In this document: positions 46,359 to 50,125 of the stretch, piece after piece | Layout of the letters: each line of letters begins with the position of its first letter | Numbering within the stretch: position 1 is the first letter of the stretch | Virus record (IMG/VR): IMGVR_UViG_3300025120_000087 | Coordinates: 1-50,125 of that record | Length of the DNA: 50,125 nucleotides | DNA from: a virus | Taxonomy: Duplodnaviria > Caudoviricetes | Direction: 5' to 3' (one strand) | The notes under the pieces: model-generated | Database searches by the model: none | The model's input: the letters and a program-made list of their open reading frames with translations, nothing else | Told to the model about the DNA's origin: nothing | Position numbers and translations under genes: made by a program

Positions 46359-46826
46359 ATGAAGTTAAAAGTATTAAGGTTTAGCTCAGAAAAAGACTCA
46401 ACTCACGGTCTTCTTTTTGAAGAGAACGATTTAGGAAACAGGTTTCTATGTTACACTTTGGAAGATGAAGCTAGAGCTTTAAAAGTAAAAGGTGAAACTA
46501 GAGTTCCTGCTGGAGTCTATAATATAGAGCTAAGAAAAGAAGGTGGTTTTCATGATAAATACAGTAGAAAATATCCTGGTGTACACCGTGGTATGCTTCA
46601 TGTCGTTGATGTTCCTGGGTTTGAGTATATTCTTATACACACTGGAAATACTGACGAGCACACTGCTGGTTGTTTACTTGTGGGCGACAGCCAAGAAAAT
46701 AACCAATTGTTACCTGACGGTTTCATTGGCAAAAGCGTTAACGCGTATAAAAGAATTTATCCTTCTATTGCAAAAGCGATAGAGCAAGGACAAGAAGTAA
46801 TAATAGAATATATAGATTTCGACTAA
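46359..46826 (+). CDS. DUF5675-type protein, putative endolysin/peptidase
   Basis: CYTLED, VPAGVY, ILIHTGN...HTAGCLLVG His/Cys motif. Confidence 0.75.
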   Translation: MKLKVLRFSSEKDSTHGLLFEENDLGNRFLCYTLEDEARALKVKGETRVPAGVYNIELRKEGGFHDKYSRKYPGVHRGMLHVVDVPGFEYILIHTGNTDEHTAGCLLVGDSQENNQLLPDGFIGKSVNAYKRIYPSIAKAIEQGQEVIIEYIDFD

Positions 46827-46828
46827 CT

Positions 46829-47233
46829 ATGGCAACAACAACAGCAACATTAACATTAGCTAGCACAGACTTATTGTCTGACGAATTAGCTTTAACTACG
46901 TCAGCTACACTTACAGGTCACGATAACTCAACTGGAGTTACAGCTACTATAGGTTTAAGTAGGCTAACAATATCAGGTACTAGTGAAACAACTATATTTG
47001 ATGCTTCAGCTTATACAGATGATAAAGCACATAAAATATACATAAAGAATACAGAGACAACAGCAAGCAAATCTTTTTTAGTTAAAGTGGGTGGGCAAGA
47101 GCTAGGTAGAGTATACGCTGGAGATTTTATGTTTGCGCCTTGGGGTGCGGACACAACCTCAACAGATAGTGATATATCAATAACACCTTCTGATGCTGGT
47201 ATGACTGTAGAATATATGGCTTTCATAGACTAA
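46829..47233 (+). CDS. Structural protein, paralog 1 of 3
   Basis: MATTTATLTLAS...GRVYAGDFMFAPW...VEY. Confidence 0.75.
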   Translation: MATTTATLTLASTDLLSDELALTTSATLTGHDNSTGVTATIGLSRLTISGTSETTIFDASAYTDDKAHKIYIKNTETTASKSFLVKVGGQELGRVYAGDFMFAPWGADTTSTDSDISITPSDAGMTVEYMAFID

Positions 47234-47259
47234 TAAATTAACAACAACAATAGATAAAA

Positions 47260-47694
47260 ATGGCAACAACAGCAACTTTTACATTAACAAGTGCAGACAT
47301 TGCTGGTGATCCAGTAAATGTTTCTAAAACGGCTACTTGCACAAAAGCAGGGGCTACAACTGATTTAGATCAAACTACTGGGCTCAACAGAGTTCATTTA
47401 AGATCTACAACGAATAAAGTATTACTTGGCGCTAACGCTGAAGGTAATGATTTAGCAGCTAAAGTTTATATTATAAATAAAGCTACAGATCCTAGCCTTT
47501 ACGTTACGATAACAATTAATGCTAGAACAATTGGAAAATTATACGCAGGAGACTGGATGTTTATTCCATGGAGCCAAACAGACGAAGCCGCTGACATTGA
47601 AGTAGCAGCGTCTAACTGGACAGCTTCAACTGGAGACATACCTGTTGAGTACGCGTTATTCCACGAAGATACAGATTTTTTAACTAACGCTTAA
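47260..47694 (+). CDS. Structural protein, paralog 2 of 3
   Basis: MATTATFTLTS...GKLYAGDWMFIPW...VEY. Confidence 0.75.
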   Translation: MATTATFTLTSADIAGDPVNVSKTATCTKAGATTDLDQTTGLNRVHLRSTTNKVLLGANAEGNDLAAKVYIINKATDPSLYVTITINARTIGKLYAGDWMFIPWSQTDEAADIEVAASNWTASTGDIPVEYALFHEDTDFLTNA

Positions 47695-47704
47695 TAATAA
47701 AGAC

Positions 47705-48112
47705 ATGGCAACAGTAAACGCAACAATTTCATTAGCTAGCGATATTACAGATAGCAATATCAATGTTAGCAACACTAGCTCTTTATTTGAAGCTGGTGGC
47801 ACGACAGGTTTAACAACAATGACGTCAGTGACTAAAGTTTTATCAAGCACTAACCAAGTTGATTTAATTACAACTGGTAGTGTTTCTACGACTCACTCAT
47901 ACGTCTACATCAACAATCCTTCAGCAGACGCTACAGAGTTTTTTAATATTACTATTGGTGCTGCGGGCGGTGGGTCTGCTACAGATACTGAAGAAATAGG
48001 TAGACTGTACGGTGGCGACTGGATGTGGTTTCCTTGGAATGTGGGCGATGACATCTGCATTACTCCTAGTGTAGCTACAGATATGACAGTTGAGTACCAA
48101 GTATTTAGCTAA
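47705..48112 (+). CDS. Structural protein, paralog 3 of 3
   Basis: MATVNATISLAS...GRLYGGDWMWFPW...VEY. Confidence 0.75.
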   Translation: MATVNATISLASDITDSNINVSNTSSLFEAGGTTGLTTMTSVTKVLSSTNQVDLITTGSVSTTHSYVYINNPSADATEFFNITIGAAGGGSATDTEEIGRLYGGDWMWFPWNVGDDICITPSVATDMTVEYQVFS

Positions 48113-48114
48113 GC

Positions 48115-48483
48115 ATGCCGGCGGTAAAGAGGCATAGTATAACCTATAACAGTGGCTTATTCCATAACGGAGTAGCCACTGGCGTAGATATAGATCTACT
48201 AAATCCTGGTGACGGAGTAAGTAGTATAAACTCTATAGTTATCGCTAACACCCACGACACCTCAGACGCTACTCTAAGTTTGTTTTTGCAGAACTCGCCT
48301 GCCAGCGGAACAGCTAAGACATTTTTTATTATTAAAAATGTAGTTATACCTAACGGGGTTTCATTATTGTTAGACGATCCTAGTATGCTTTCGTTTAACA
48401 ACAACTCTTCCACAGGTTTTGGTTTGTTCGCTACGATAGGCGCTAGTGACGGAACACAACTTGTAGATATTTTAATTAACTAA
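48115..48483 (+). CDS. Hypothetical beta-rich structural protein
   Basis: ORF track; SIVIANTH...IIKNVVIPNGVSLLL. Confidence 0.7.
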   Translation: MPAVKRHSITYNSGLFHNGVATGVDIDLLNPGDGVSSINSIVIANTHDTSDATLSLFLQNSPASGTAKTFFIIKNVVIPNGVSLLLDDPSMLSFNNNSSTGFGLFATIGASDGTQLVDILIN

Positions 48484-48484
48484 T

Positions 48485-48739
48485 ATGAAATACATAGGTA
48501 AAGAAGTAATGACGTCACCAATAATAGGTGATATTACGTATACTCACAACCAGAGTTCAACTTCTGATACGTGGGTAATAACTCATAACCTAAATAGATT
48601 TCCGTCTGTTACAGTTATAGACTCTGGAGGTACTATAGTTCAAGGTACTGTTGTTTATAACTCTAACAAACAATTAACAGTAACATTTTTTTCTGGCACC
48701 AACGCTTTAGCGTTTCAAGGAAAAGCATATCTTAATTAA
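48485..48739 (+). CDS. Small tail-fibre-associated protein
   Basis: WVITHNLNRFPSVTVIDS motif of the type seen in tail-fibre modules. Confidence 0.65.
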   Translation: MKYIGKEVMTSPIIGDITYTHNQSSTSDTWVITHNLNRFPSVTVIDSGGTIVQGTVVYNSNKQLTVTFFSGTNALAFQGKAYLN

Positions 48740-48751
48740 AAAAAATAAAAA

Positions 48752-50125
48752 ATGGCTATTAATTTTTATAGTAGTATAAGCTTAAATAAAAACGAGCTAC
48801 AAAACGCAGTGGTACAAAATGCAGGATCAGATCCTGGTAGCCCAGCCGCTGGTCAAATATACTACAACTCAGGAGACAATACGCTAAGAGTCTACGACGG
48901 ATCTAACTTTGTAACTTTATCAACAACAACTGGTGATATTACAGGTGTTACTGCTGGTACAGGTTTAACTGGCGGCGGAGCATCTGGCGCGGTAACTTTA
49001 AATGTTATTGGTGGCAATGGTATTACAGCTAACGCTGATGATATAGCTATTACAGCTGCGCAGACAACTATAACATCTGTATTAAACACTAGTTTAGTTT
49101 TAGGTAGAGATAATGACAATAAAGTTAGTTTCGCTACAGATAACCAAATTATATTTAGAGTTGGTGCTGGTGATAACGTCATATTTAAGGCTTCAGGTGA
49201 AATTGAAGCTGCTAGCTTAGATATATCTGGTGATGCAGACGTAGACGGTACATTAGAAGCAGATGCCATTACTGTAAATGGAACTGCTTTAGATGAGTTT
49301 ATACAAGATACTGTTGGCGCTATGTTCTCTAGTAATACAGAAACTAGAATAGCTGCAACCTATCAAGACGGTGATGGAACTATAGATCTTGTTGTTGATG
49401 ATATGACAGCCAACGACAATGACGACGTAAGCAACGCTAATTTACTAACTAGACTAGCTGCATTAGAATCTACAAGTGGTGCTGCAAATGAAAACATTGT
49501 TATAGGTACTGACTCAGGTGATACAATTGTTATTACTGGTAACTTACAAGTTTCAGGTACTACAACAACGATAGACTCAACTACTGTAACTATAGAAGAT
49601 CACAACATTGTATTAGATAAAGGCAACTCTACCTCAGCTGTAGTTGACGGCGCTGGTATAACTCTTGAAGGTGGATCTGGCGATGACGTTACTTGGATGT
49701 GGAGCGCTGGTAACGGTAGAATGGAGTTAAAAGCTGGATCTTCACTAGCTAGAGCAGCTTTTGACGAAGTTGTTGCTAACGTAACAGGTGCTCTTTCTGG
49801 AAACGCAAGCACAGCTACTTTAGCGTCAACTGTTACCGCTACAGCAAACAACTCTGCCAACGAAACTGTATACTTAACATTTGTTGACGGAGCTACAGGT
49901 GCACAAGGAATAGAAACTGATACAGCTTTAAATTATAATCCTTCTTCAAACATTTTAACTGTAGTTGAATTAGATGTAAGTGGAGATGTTGATGTAGACG
50001 GTACGCTTGAGACAGACGCTCTTACAATTGGTGGAGCAGCGGTGTTAGCTCAAGCTACTACAAGTGCTGTTGGTGCGGTTGAACTTGCTACGTCTGCAGA
50101 AACACAAACTGGTACTAGTACAACT
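48752..50125 (+). CDS. Tail fibre protein, partial (runs off the window end)
   Basis: Not in the ORF track because it has no stop. Starts MAINFYSSISLNKNELQNA; GQIYYNS, GDITGVTAGTGLTGGG; internal repeat LDISGDADVDGTLEADAITV / LDVSGDVDVDGTLETDALTI. Confidence 0.8.
   Translation, partial: MAINFYSSISLNKNELQNAVVQNAGSDPGSPAAGQIYYNSGDNTLRVYDGSNFVTLSTTTGDITGVTAGTGLTGGGASGAVTLNVIGGNGITANADDIAITAAQTTITSVLNTSLVLGRDNDNKVSFATDNQIIFRVGAGDNVIFKASGEIEAASLDISGDADVDGTLEADAITVNGTALDEFIQDTVGAMFSSNTETRIAATYQDGDGTIDLVVDDMTANDNDDVSNANLLTRLAALESTSGAANENIVIGTDSGDTIVITGNLQVSGTTTTIDSTTVTIEDHNIVLDKGNSTSAVVDGAGITLEGGSGDDVTWMWSAGNGRMELKAGSSLARAAFDEVVANVTGALSGNASTATLASTVTATANNSANETVYLTFVDGATGAQGIETDTALNYNPSSNILTVVELDVSGDVDVDGTLETDALTIGGAAVLAQATTSAVGAVELATSAETQTGTSTT

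Noticed and set aside
2007-49860. Numerous antisense and alternate-frame ORFs in the track (e.g. 2007-2561, 4862-5188, 28631-29026, 48892-49269)
   Set aside because: They lie within well-supported plus-strand genes and have the Ser/Leu/Phe-rich composition of shadow ORFs.
1-50125. Stop-codon reassignment as in some crAss-like phages
   Set aside because: Genes tile densely under the standard code, and TAG and TGA end genes at sensible boundaries (e.g. 7807, 19228, 45312).
1-50125. tRNA genes, integrase or replication genes
   Set aside because: No cloverleaf found in the few intergenic gaps and no such protein motifs seen; they may lie outside the window.

Overview
About 50 kb of an AT-rich tailed-phage genome, most likely a podovirus of a marine Bacteroidota (Flavobacteriia) host. 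Host evidence: a T9SS sorting domain, A-rich start contexts without Shine-Dalgarno sequences, and a crAss/Cellulophaga-phage-like head-tail gene order. Bases 1-466 hold small leftward genes. A divergent non-coding region follows, then one long rightward block: GroEL, GroES, small structural/lysis genes, terminase, portal, scaffold, major capsid, tail ring/muzzle proteins, three probable ejected proteins (one of 2867 aa), basic Lys-rich proteins, a PAP2 phosphatase, a cell-envelope cassette, a DUF5675-type putative lysin and tail-fibre genes (the last is cut off by the window end). Most notable: (1) a complete type I hammerhead ribozyme at 108-157 (minus strand) with a degenerate second core just upstream; (2) an unlisted 46-aa ORF nested in the +1 frame of the scaffold gene, ending in an ArfA-like basic motif; (3) a double-GroES protein in addition to GroEL/GroES; (4) a giant virion protein with zincin, sigma-like and HAD modules separated by a repeated ASKNL motif; (5) a phage-encoded T9SS cargo cassette. 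All family calls come from motif recognition by eye; no database searches were run.
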